Shown piece by piece: positions 37,208-48,594 of a stretch of DNA of 64,000 nucleotides (position 1 is the first letter of the stretch; each line of letters starts with the position of its first letter). The position numbers were made by a program, and so were the translations under genes. The notes under the pieces were generated by a model that was not told the DNA's origin, did no database searches, and worked only from the letters and a program-made list of their open reading frames with translations. The DNA is from Mobula hypostoma (taxonomy: Eukaryota), in assembly GCF_963921235.1 (NCBI RefSeq), contig NC_086109.1, forward strand, positions 620,001-684,000, written 5' to 3'.

Positions 37208-39073
37208 AGGAGTTTCAGGGTAGTTGTTTCAGGGCTATAGTTTCAGGGCAGGAGTTGTAGGGCAGGAGTTTCAGGGCAACAGGTTCAGGGCATGAGATTC
37301 CGGGCAGGAGTTTCAGGTCATGGGATTCAGTGCAGTAATTTCATGGCAGGAGCTTCAGGGCAGTAGTTTCAGGGCAAGCGATTCAGGGGAGGAGTTTGAG
37401 TACATGAGATTCTGGGCAGGAGTTTCAGGGCAGCAGTTTCCTGGCAGCATTTTCAGAGCATGAGATTCAAGGTGGGAGTTTCAGCGCAGGAGTTTCAGGG
37501 CAGCAATTTCAGGGTAGGAGTTTCAAGGCAGTAGCTTCAGGGCAGGAGATTCAGGGCAGGAGTTTCCGGGTAGCCGTTTCAGGGCAGCAGTTTCAGGGCA
37601 TGAGATTCAAGGCAGGAGTTTGAGGACATGAGTTTCAGGGCATGAGTTTCTGTGCAGGAGTTTCAGGACAGGAGTTTCAGGTCATGAGATTCATGACTGG
37701 AGTTAAGGGATGTAGTTTCAGGGCAGGAGTTTCAGGACATGAGTTTCAGAGAAGGAGTTTCACATCAGGAGATTCAGTGTAGAAGTTTCTGTTCAGGGGT
37801 TTGAAGGCATGAATTTCAGGGCAGGAGATTCAGGGCAGGAGATTCAGGGCATGAGATTCAGGGCATGAGATTCAGGGCATGAGATTCATGGTAGGAGATT
37901 CATGGCAGGAGATTCAGGGAAGGAGATTCAGGGCAGGAGATTCAGGGCATGAGATTCAGGGCATGAGGTTCAGGGCAGGAGATTCAGGTCAGGAGTTTCC
38001 GGGTAGCCGTTTCAGGGCAGCAGTTTCAGCTCATGAGATTCAAGGCAGGAGTTTGAGGGCATGCGTTTCAGGGCATGAGTTTCAGTGCAGGAGTTTCAGG
38101 ACAGGAGTTTCAGGACAGGAGTTTCAGATCATGAGATTCATGGCAGGAGTTAAGGGCCGTAGTTTCAGGGCAGGAGTTTCAGGACATGAGTTTCAGAGAA
38201 GCAGTTTCACATCAGGAGATTCAGTGTAGAAGTTTCTTTTCAGGAGTTTGAAGGCATGAGTTTCAGGGCAGGAGATTCAGGGCAGCGGTTTCAGGGCAGG
38301 AGATTAAGGGCATGAGATTCAATGGAGGAGTTTCAGGGCAGTAATTTTAGGGCTTGAGTTTCAGGGCTTGACTTTCAGGGTTTGAGTTTCAGGTCAGGAG
38401 TTTCAGGGCAGGAGATTCAGGGCAGGAGATTCTGGGCAGGAGATTCAGGGCAGGAGTTTCAGGGCAGGAGATTCAGGGCAGTAGATTCCGGGCAGGAGTT
38501 TCCGGGCAGCAGTTTCAGGGCAACAGCTTCAGGGCATGAGATTCAAGGCAGGAGTTTAAGGTCATGAGTTTCAGGGCATGAGTTTCAGGACAGGAGTTTC
38601 AGGCAGGAGTTTCAGGACAGGAGTTTCAGGTCATGAGATTCATGGCAGGAGTTAAGGGCTGTAGTTTCCGGGCAGCAGTTTCAGGGCAACAGTTTCAGGG
38701 CATGAGATTCAAGGCAGGAGTTTGAGGGCATGAGTTTCAGGACAGGAGTTTCAGGTCATGAGATTCATGGCAGGAGTTAAGGGCTATAGTTTCAGGGCAG
38801 GAGTTTCGGGACATGAGTTTCAGAGAAGGAGTGTCACATCAGGAGATTCAGTGTAGAAGTTTCTGTTCAGGAGTTTGAAGGCATGAGTTTCAGGGCAGAA
38901 GTTTCAGGGCAGAAGTTTCAGGGCAGCAGTTTTACGGCTTGAGTTTCAGGGCTTGACTTTCAGGCTTTGAGTTTCAGGGCTTGAGTTTCAAGGCAGGAGT
39001 TTCAGGGCAGGAGATTCAGGGCATGAGATTCAGGGCAGGAGATTCAGGGCAGGAGATTCAGGGCAGGAGTTTC
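37208..39073 (+). repeat. ~1.87-kb non-HOR satellite block, copy 1
   Basis: Private variants (ggcaacaggttc, caagcgattcagggga, catgactgg). Marker ORFs 37879/38382 recur at 45807/46310, offset 7928. Confidence 0.88.
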
Positions 39074-42000
39074 CGGACAGGAGATTCGGGTAGCAGTTTC
39101 AGGGCAGCAGTTTCAGGGCACGAGTTTCAGGGCAGGACTTTCAGGACAGGAGTTTGAAGACAGGAGTTTCAAGTCATGAGATTCATGGCAGGAGTTAAGG
39201 GCTGTAGTTTCAGGGCAGGAGTTTCAAAGACATGAGTTTCAGAGAAAGAGTTTCACATCAGGAGATTCAGTGTAGAAGTTTCTGTTCAGGAGTTTGAAGG
39301 CATGAATGTCAGGGCAGGCGATTCAGGGCAGGGGATTAAGGGCAGGAGATTAAGGGCATGAGATTCAATGGAGGAGTATCATGGCAGAAGTTTCAGGACA
39401 GGTGTTTTACGGCTTGAGTTTCAGGGCTTGACTTTCAGGGCTTGAGTTTCAGGGCAGGAGTTACAGGGCAGGAGTTTCAGGGCAAGAGATTCAGGGCAGG
39501 AGATTCAGGGCAGGAGTTTCAGGGCGGGAGATTCAGGGCAGGAGTTTCAGGGCTGGAGATTCAGGGCAGGAGATTCAGGGCAGGAGATTCAGGGCAGGAG
39601 ATTCAGGGCATGAGATTCAGGGCAGGAGTTTCAGGGCAGTGGTTTCAGTGCAGTAGTTTCAGGCCAGGAGCTTTCGGCCAGTATTTTCAGGACATGAGTT
39701 TCAGAGAGGGAGTTTCACGTCAGGAGATTCAGGGTAGAAGGTTCACGTCAGCACTTTGAAGGAATGAGTTTCAGGGCAGGAGATTCATGGCAAGAGTTTC
39801 AGGGCAGGAGATTCAGGGCAGCAGTTTCAGTGCAGGAGTTTCCGGGCAGCAGTTTCAGGGCATGAGATTCAAGGCAGGAGTTTCAGGGTATGAGTTGCAG
39901 GCCATGTGTTTCAGATCACGAGATTCAAGGCAGGAGTTTCAGGACTATAGTTTCAGGGCAGGAGTTTCAGGCCATGAGTTTCAGAGCAGGAGTTTCACGT
40001 CAGGAGATTCAGGGCAGATGTGACACGTCAGTAGTTTGAAGGCATGAGTTTTAGGGCAGAAGATTCAGGGCTGGAGTTTCAGGGAAGGACATTCAGGACA
40101 GGAGCTTCAGGGTCGTACTTTCAGGGAAAGAGTTTCTGGGTAGGAGTTTCAGCGCAAGAGATTCAGGGCAGCAGTTTCAGCGCAGGAGTTTCCGGGCAGT
40201 AGTTTCAGGGCATGAGATTCAAGGCAGGAGTTTCAGGGCATGTGTTTCAGATCACGAGATTCAAGACAGGAGTTTCAGGACTATTGTTTCAGGGCAGGAA
40301 TTTCAGGCCATGAGTTTCCGAGCAGGAGTTTCACTTCAGGAGATTCAGTGCAGAAGTTTCATGTCAGGAGTTTGAAGGCATGAGTTACAGGGCTGGAGAT
40401 TCAGGGCAGGAGTTTCAGGGCAGGAGATTAAGGGCAGTAGTTTCATTGCAGGAGATTCAGGGCAGGAGTTTCAGGGCAGTAGTGTCAGGGTTGTCGTTTC
40501 AGGGCAGGTGTTTCAGGGCAGGCGTTTCAGGGCATGAGATTCAAGGCAGGAGTTTCAGGGTAGATGTTTTAGGGCTATAATTTCAGGGCAGGAGTTGTAG
40601 GGCAGGAGTTTCAGGGCAGTAGTTTCAGGGCATGAGATTCAAGGTGGGAGTTTCAGCGCGAGAGTTTCAAGGCAGCAATTTCAACGTAGGAGTTTCAGAT
40701 CAGGAGTTTCAGGGTAGGAATTTCAGGGCAGTAGTTTCAGGGCAGGAGATTCAGGGCAGGAGATTCAGGGCAGGAGTTTCCAGGCAGGAGTTTCCGGGTA
40801 GCAGTTTCAGGGCAGCGGTTTCAGGGCATGAGTTTCAGGGCAGGACTTTCAGGACAGGAGTTTCAAGACAGGACTTTCAGGTCATGAGATTCATGGCAGG
40901 AGTTAAGGGCTGTAGTTTCAGGGCAGGAGTTTCAAAGACATGAGTTTCAGAGAAAGAGTTTCACATCAGGAGATTCAGTGTAGAAGTTTCTGTTCAGGAG
41001 TTTGAAGGCATGAATGTCAGGGAAGGCGATTCAGGGCAGGGGATTAAGGGCAGGAGATTAAGGGCATGAGATTCAATGGAGGAGTATCATGGCAGAAGTT
41101 TCAGAACAAGTGTTTTACGGCTTGAGTTTCAGGGCTTGACTTTCAGGGCTTGAGTTTCAGGGCAGAAGTTTCAAGGCAGGAGTTTCAGGGCAGGAGTTTC
41201 AGGGCAGGAGATTCAGGGCAGGAGATTCAGGTCAGGAGTTTCAGGGCAGGAGATTCAGGGCAGGAGATTCAGGGCAGGGGTTTCAGGGCAGGAGTTTTAA
41301 GGCAGGAGTTTCAGGGCAGTGGTTTCAGTGCAGTAGTGTCAGGCCAGGAGCTTTCGACCAGTAGTTTCAGTACATGAATTTCAGAGCAGGAGTTTCACGT
41401 CAGGAGATTCAGGGCAGATGTGTCAGGTCAGTAGTTTGAAGGCATGAGTTTTAGGGCAGGAGATTCAGGGCTGGAGTTTCAGGGAAGGAGATTCAGGACA
41501 GGAGCTTCAGGGTCGTACTTTAAGGGAAAGAGTTTTCAGGCAGGAGTTTCAGCGCAAGAGATTCAGGGCAGCAGTTTCAGCGCAGGAGTTTCCGGGCAGC
41601 AGTTTCAGGGCATGGGATTCAAGGCAGGAGTTTCAGGGCAGGAGTTGCAGGGCATGTGTTTCAGGTCACGAGATTCAAGGCAGGAGTTTCAGGACTATTG
41701 TTTCAGAGCAGGAGTTTCACTTCAGGAGATTCAGTGCAGAAGTTTCATGTCAGGAGTTTGAAGGCATGAGTTACAGGGCTGGAGATTCAGTGCAGGAGTT
41801 TCAGGGCAGGAGATTAAGGGCAGCATTTCAGTTCAGCATTTTCAGGGCAGGAGAATCAGGGCAGCAGTTTCAGGGTAGTTATTATAGGGCTATAGTTTCA
41901 GGGCAGGAGTTTCAGGGCAGCAGTTTCAGGGCATGAGATTCAGGGCAGGAGTTTCAGGTCATGAGATTCAGGGCAGGAGTTTCAGGGCATGAGATTCTGT

Positions 42001-42599
42001 GCAGGAGTTTCAGGGCAGTAGTGTCAGGGCTGTCGTTTCAGGGCAGGTATTTCAGGGCAGGCGTTTCAGGGCATGAGATTCAGGGCAGGAGTTTCCGGGT
42101 AGTTGTTTTAGGGCTATAGTTTCAGGGAAGGAGTTGTAGGGCAGGAGTTTCAGGGAAGGAGATTCAGGACAGGAGCTTCAGGGTCGTACTTTCAGGGAAA
42201 GAGTTTATCGGGCAGGAGTTTCAGCGCAAGAGATTCAGGGCAGCAGTTTCAGCGCAGGAGTTTCCGGGCAGCAGTTTCAGGGCATGAGATTTAAGGCAGG
42301 AGTTTCAGGGCATGAGTTGCAGGGCATGTTTTTCAGGTCACGAGATTCAAGGCAGGAGTTTCAGGACTATAGTTTCAGAGCAGGAGTTTCACTTCAGGAG
42401 ATTCAGTGTAGAAGTTTCATGTCCGGAGTTTGAAGGCATGAGTTACAGTGCTGGAGATTCAGGGCAGGAGTTTCAGGGCAGGAGATTAAGGGCAGCATTT
42501 CAGTTCAGCATTTTCAGGGCAGGAGAATCAGGGCAGGAGTTTCAGGGTAGTTATTATAGGGCTATAGTTTCAGGGCAGGAGTTTCAGGGCAGCTGTTTC

Positions 42600-44960
42600 A
42601 GGGCATGAGATTCAGGGCAGGAGTTTCAGGTCATGAGATTCAGGGCAGGAGTTTCAGGGCATGAGATTCTGGGCAGGAGTTTCAGGGCAGCAGTTTCAGG
42701 GCATGAGATTCAAGGCAGGAGTTTCAGGACTATAGATTCAGAGCAGGAGTTTCACTTCAGGAGATTCAGTGTAGAAGTTTCATGTCAGGAGTTTGAAGGC
42801 GTGAATTACAGGGCTGGAGATTCAGGGCAGGAGTTTCAGGGCAGGAGATTAAGGGCAGCATTTCAGTTCAGCATTTTCAGGGCAGGAGAATCAGGGCAGG
42901 AGTTTCACGTCAGGAGATTCAGGGCAGATGTGTCACGTCAGTAGTTTGAAGGCATGAGTTTTAGGGCAGGAGATTCAGGACAGGAGTTTCAGGGTCGTAC
43001 TTTCAGGGAAAGAGTTTTCGGGCAGGAGTTTCAGCGCAAGAGATTCAGGGCAGCAGTTTCAGCGCAGGAGTTTCCGGGCAGCAGTATCCTGGCAGCAGTT
43101 TCAGGGCATGAGATTCAAGGCAGGAGTTTCAGGGCATGAGTTGCAGGGCATGTGTTTCAGCTCACGAGATTCAAGGCAGGAGTTTCAGGACTATAGTTTC
43201 AGGGCAGGAGTTTCAGGCCATGAGTTTCAGAGCAGGAGTTTCACTTCAGGAGATTCAGTGCAGAAGTTTCATGTCAGGAGTTTGAAGGCATGAGTTACAG
43301 GGCTAGAGATTCAGGGCAGGAGTTTCAGGGCAGCAGTTTCAGGGCATGAGATTCAGGGCAGGAGTTTCAGGTCATGAGATTCAAAGCAGGAGTTTCAGGG
43401 CATGAGATTCTGGGCAGGAGTTTCCGGGCAGCAGTTTCCGGGCATGAGATTCAAGGCAGGAGTTTCAGGACTATAGATTCAGAGCAGGAGTTTCACTTCA
43501 GGAGATTCAGTGTAGAAGTTTCATGTCAGGAGTTTGAAGGCATGAATTACAGGGCTGGAGATTCAGGGCAGGAGTTTCAGGGCAGGAGATTAAGGGCAGC
43601 ATTTCAGTTCAGCATTTTCAGGGCAGGAGAATCAGGGCAGGAGTTTCACGTCAGGAGATTCAGGGCAGATGTGTCACGTCAGTAGTTTGAAGGCATGAGT
43701 TTTAGGGCAGGAGATTCAGGACAGGAGTTTCAGGGTCGTACTTTCAGGGAAAGAGTTTTCGGGCAGGAGTTTCAGCGCAAGAGATTCAGGGCAGCAGTTT
43801 CAGCGCAGGAGTTTCCGGGCAGCAGTATCCTGGCAGCAGTTTCAGGGCATGAGATTCAAGGCAGGAGTTTCAGGGCATGAGTTGCAGGGCATGTGTTTCA
43901 GCTCACGAGATTCAAGGCAGGAGTTTCAGGACTATAGTTTCAGGGCAGGAGTTTCAGGCCATGAGTTTCAGAGCAGGAGTTTCACTGCAGGAGATTCAGT
44001 GCAGAAGTTTCATGTCAGGAGTTTGAAGGCATGAGTTACAGGGCTAGAGATTCAGGGCAGCAGTTTCAGGGCAGCAGTTTCAGGGCATGAGATTCAGGGC
44101 AGGAGTTTCAGGTCATGAGATTCAGGGCAGGAGTTTCAGGGCATGAGATTCTGGGCAGGAGTTTCCGGGCAGCAGTTTCAGGGCATGAGATTCAAGGCAG
44201 GAGTTTCAGGACTATAGATTCAGAGCAGGAGTTTCACTTCAGGAGATTCAGTGTAGAAGTTTCATGTCAGGAGTTTGAAGGCATGAATTACAGGGCTGGA
44301 GATTCAGGGCAGGAGTTTCAGGGCAGGAGATTAAGGGCAGCATTTCAGTTCAGCATTTTCAGGGCAGGAGTTTCACGTCAGGAGATTCAGGGCAGATGTG
44401 TCACGTCAGTAGTTTGAAGGCATGAGTTTTAGGGCAGGAGATTCAGGACAGGAGTTTCAGGGTCGTACTTTCAGGGAAAGAGTTTTCGGGCAGGAGTTTC
44501 AGCGCAAGAGATTCAGGGCAGCAGTTTCAGCGCAGGAGTTTCCGGGCAGCAGTATCCTGGCAGCAGTTTCAGGGCATGAGATTCAAGGCAGGAGTTTCAG
44601 GGCATGAGTTGCAGGGCATGTGATTCAGCTCACGAGATTCAAGGCAGGAGTTTCAGGACTATAGTTTCAGGGCAGGAGTTTCAGGCCATGAGTTTCAGAG
44701 CAGGAGTTTCACTTCAGGAGATTCAGTGCAGAAGTTTCATGTCAGGAGTTTGAAGGCATGAGTTACAGGGCTAGAGATTCAGGGCAGGAGTTTCAGGCTA
44801 GTTATTATAGGGCTATAGTTTCAGGGCAGGAGTTTCGGGGCAGCAGTTTCAGGGCATGAGATTCAGGGCAGGAGTTTCAGGTCATGAGATTCAGGGCAAG
44901 AGTTTCAGGGCATGAGATTCTGGGCAGGAGTTTCCGGGCAGCAGTTTCAGGGCATGAGAT
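42600..44960 (+). repeat. Local 741-bp higher-order repeat (~53 monomers), about 3 copies
   Basis: Marker ORFs at 42633, 43374, 44115 (spacing 741) and 42954, 43695, 44422. Diagnostic motif cagtatcctggc occurs once per unit. Confidence 0.88.
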
Positions 44961-45135
44961 TCAAGGCAGGAGTTTCAGGGCAGTAGTGTCAGGGCTGTCG
45001 TTTCAGGGCAGGTGTTTCAGGGCAGGCCGTTCAGGGCATGAGATTCAGGGCAGGAGTTTCCTGGTAGTTGTTTTAGGGCTATAGTTTCAGGGCAGGAGTT
45101 GTAGGGCAGGAGTTTCAGGGAAGGAGATTCAGGGC

Positions 45136-47001
45136 AGGAGTTTCAGGGTAGTTGTTTCAGGGCTATAGTTTCAGGGCAGGAGTTGTAGGGCAGGAGTTTC
45201 AGGGCAACAGGTTCAGGGCATGAGATTCCGGGCAGGAGTTTCAGGTCATGGGATTCAGTGCAGTAATTTCATGGCAGGAGCTTCAGGGCAGTAGTTTCAG
45301 GGCAAGCGATTCAGGGGAGGAGTTTGAGTACATGAGATTCTGGGCAGGAGTTTCAGGGCAGCAGTTTCCTGGCAGCATTTTCAGAGCATGAGATTCAAGG
45401 TGGGAGTTTCAGCGCAGGAGTTTCAGGGCAGCAATTTCAGGGTAGGAGTTTCAAGGCAGTAGCTTCAGGGCAGGAGATTCAGGGCAGGAGTTTCCGGGTA
45501 GCCGTTTCAGGGCAGCAGTTTCAGGGCATGAGATTCAAGGCAGGAGTTTGAGGACATGAGTTTCAGGGCATGAGTTTCTGTGCAGGAGTTTCAGGACAGG
45601 AGTTTCAGGTCATGAGATTCATGACTGGAGTTAAGGGATGTAGTTTCAGGGCAGGAGTTTCAGGACATGAGTTTCAGAGAAGGAGTTTCACATCAGGAGA
45701 TTCAGTGTAGAAGTTTCTGTTCAGGGGTTTGAAGGCATGAATTTCAGGGCAGGAGATTCAGGGCAGGAGATTCAGGGCATGAGATTCAGGGCATGAGATT
45801 CAGGGCATGAGATTCAGGGCAGGAGATTCAGGGCAGGAGATTCAGGGAAGGAGATTCAGGGCAGGAGATTCAGGGCATGAGATTCAGGGCATGAGGTTCA
45901 GGGCAGGAGATTCAGGTCAGGAGTTTCCGGGTAGCCGTTTCAGGGCAGCAGTTTCAGCTCATGAGATTCAAGGCAGGAGTTTGAGGGCATGCGTTTCAGG
46001 GCATGAGTTTCAGTGCAGGAGTTTCAGGACAGGAGTTTCAGGACAGGAGTTTCAGATCATGAGATTCATGGCAGGAGTTAAGGGCCGTAGTTTCAGGGCA
46101 GGAGTTTCAGGACATGAGTTTCAGAGAAGCAGTTTCACATCAGGAGATTCAGTGTAGAAGTTTCTTTTCAGGAGTTTGAAGGCATGAGTTTCAGGGCAGG
46201 AGATTCAGGGCAGCGGTTTCAGGGCAGGAGATTAAGGGCATGAGATTCAATGGAGGAGTTTCAGGGCAGTAATTTTAGGGCTTGAGTTTCAGGGCTTGAC
46301 TTTCAGGGTTTGAGTTTCAGGTCAGGAGTTTCAGGGCAGGAGATTCAGGGCAGGAGATTCTGGGCAGGAGATTCAGGGCAGGAGTTTCAGGGCAGGAGAT
46401 TCAGGGCAGGAGATTCCGGGCAGGAGTTTCCGGGCAGCAGTTTCAGGGCAACAGCTTCAGGGCATGAGATTCAAGGCAGGAGTTTAAGGTCATGAGTTTC
46501 AGGGCATGAGTTTCAGGACAGGAGTTTCAGGCAGGAGTTTCAGGACAGGAGTTTCAGGTCATGAGATTCATGGCAGGAGTTAAGGGCTGTAGTTTCCGGG
46601 CAGCAGTTTCAGGGCAACAGTTTCAGGGCATGAGATTCAAGGCAGGAGTTTGAGGGCATGAGTTTCAGGACAGGAGTTTCAGGTCATGAGATTCATGGCA
46701 GGAGTTAAGGGCTATAGTTTCAGGGCAGGAGTTTCGGGACATGAGTTTCAGAGAAGGAGTGTCACATCAGGAGATTCAGTGTAGAAGTTTCTGTTCAGGA
46801 GTTTGAAGGCATGAGTTTCAGGGCAGAAGTTTCAGGGCAGAAGTTTCAGGGCAGCAGTTTTACGGCTTGAGTTTCAGGGCTTGACTTTCAGGCTTTGAGT
46901 TTCAGGGCTTGAGTTTCAAGGCAGGAGTTTCAGGGCAGGAGATTCAGGGCATGAGATTCAGGGCAGGAGATTCAGGGCAGGAGATTCAGGGCAGGAGTTT
47001 C
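45136..47001 (+). repeat. ~1.87-kb non-HOR satellite block, copy 2
   Basis: Near-identical to 37208-39073. Confidence 0.88.
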
Positions 47002-47649
47002 AGGGCAGTAGCTTCAGGGCAGGAGATTCAGGGCAGGAGATTCAGGGCAGCAGTTTCAGCGCAGGAGTTTCCGGGCAGCAGTTTCAGGGCAACAGTTTCA
47101 GGGCATGAGATTCAAGGCAGGAGTTTGAGGGCATGAGTTTCAGGGCATGAGTTTCAGGGCAGGTGTTTCAGGACAGGAGTTTCAAGTCATGAGATTCATG
47201 GCAGGAGTTAAGGGCTGTAGTTTCAGGGCAGGAGTTTCAGGACATGAGTTTCAGAGAAGAAGTGTCACATCAGGAGATTCACTGTAGAAGTTTCTGTTCA
47301 GGATTTTGAAGGCATGAGTTTCAGTGCAGGAGATTCAGGGCAGGAGATTCAAGGCAGAAGATTCGGGGCAGGAGATTCAGGGCAGGAGTTTCAGGGCAGT
47401 GGTTTCAATGCAGTAGTTTCAGGCCAGGAGCTTTCGGCCAGTCGTTTCAGGACATGAGTTTCAGAGAAGGAGTTTCACGTCAGGAGATTCAGGGCAGATG
47501 TGTCAGGTCAGTAGTTTGAAGGCATGAGTTTTAGGGCAGGAGATTCAGGGCAGGAGTTTCAGGGCAGTGGTTTCAGTGCAGTAGTTTCAGGCCAGGAGCT
47601 TTCAGCCAGTAGTTTCAGGACATGAGTTTCAGAGAAGGAGTTTCACGTC

Positions 47650-47669
47650 AGGAGATTCAGTGTAGAAGG
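47650..47669 (+). repeat. Left target-site duplication of the L1 (AGGAGATTCAGTGTAGAAGG)
   Basis: Identical 20-mer at 52834-52853; its first A could belong to the A-rich tail. Confidence 0.93.
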
Positions 47670-47938
47670 AGAAACTGTTTCATTTCATTCGATCTAAAGG
47701 TTTCATTGATTTTCTGGATCTTAAGTTCCGATTCGTGGAGGATTTCAGTAAACCAATCCGGGATTAATGGGTTCGTTACAGATCTGTGATGTCAGAACTC
47801 TACAAGATGGATTTAAAACCAGCGCTGCTTTACCCTGCACGTTTAAGAATTCGTACGTTGGATGGAGCCCTCCGTTTTTTTGAATCTCCATCGGATGCCC
47901 AGAGTTATCTGGATCAATTTTCACCTTCAACATCTTAA
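47669..47938 (+). pseudogene. L1 ORF1p C-terminal domain remnant
   Basis: Hand translation: EKLFHFIRSKGFIDFLDLKFRFVEDFSKPIRD*WVRYRSVMSELYKMDLKPALLYPARLRIRTLDGALRFFESPSDAQSYLDQFSPSTS*. The 'LLYPARL...F.SP..A..YL' pattern is typical of the ORF1p CTD. Premature TAA at 47765. Confidence 0.88.
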
Positions 47939-48594
47939 TCGTAATATTTTAACTATCTCCGTTGATCGGAGGCTGTGAATTTGTCGGTCTTAATTTTTTT
48001 TTGCCCTATTTGGGCAGAAAAGTTTATTTTTGATTACTTAATATGGTTGCTAAACTTTCTTTTTAACTGCGTCATTTCTTTCTTTTTCCCAGGGGATTCT
48101 GGGTGGTTACTTCCTTTTTTTTTGTTTTGTAGGTTTTTAAAATAGTTTATGTTAATAATCTCTTTTTTTTTGTTGTTTTGTTTACTCATGGGTCTGGGGT
48201 TTATTGCGGTTTTTTTAAATATTTTCTGGCTTTTATTCTGTTATGTGTTTATTTTAATTGAGTTATCTTTTTTTAATTCTTTTACTGTTTTACAATCAGC
48301 TGATATTTTTTATATTTACACTTTTTTTTAGGGAGCGTATACCGGAAGTCATGGGGTTAGTTTTATTCTTGCTTCTTTCGGGCTGGTCTGCGTTAGATTT
48401 AGCCTTGGGGTCATGGGGTGGAGGGTGGTGGGAGGGGCTTCACGTTTTAGTTTCTTTCTTCTTGGGCTATATATATTATTGAAGTATTGGTTGTGTTCTT
48501 CTTCCCGGTATCTCTTGTATGTTCTGTTCCCTTTCCAGGTTCGTGAGTCGAGCCTATCGTCAATCCTCCTTGTTGCGGGTTGACTTTAGGGTTT

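Larger units (their letters stand above)
1..47669 (+). repeat. Satellite array, 14-bp monomer (consensus GGAGTTTCAGGGCA, common variant GGAGATTCAGGGCA); runs off the left edge of the window
   Basis: Head-to-tail 14-mers read directly throughout, all in one orientation (G/A-rich on +). Internal landmark spacings are multiples of 14 or 1 bp short (588, 741, 4493). Confidence 0.98.

Noticed and set aside
1..47669. CRISPR-like array or bacterial repeat system
   Set aside because: There are no unique spacers and no cas genes, and the context is vertebrate (LINEs, spliced exon).
47745..47933. Minus-strand 62-aa ORF
   Set aside because: Antisense shadow of the L1 ORF1 remnant.
48149..48482. Hydrophobic 60-74 aa ORFs resembling membrane peptides
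   Set aside because: A by-product of the T-rich L1 inter-ORF spacer.
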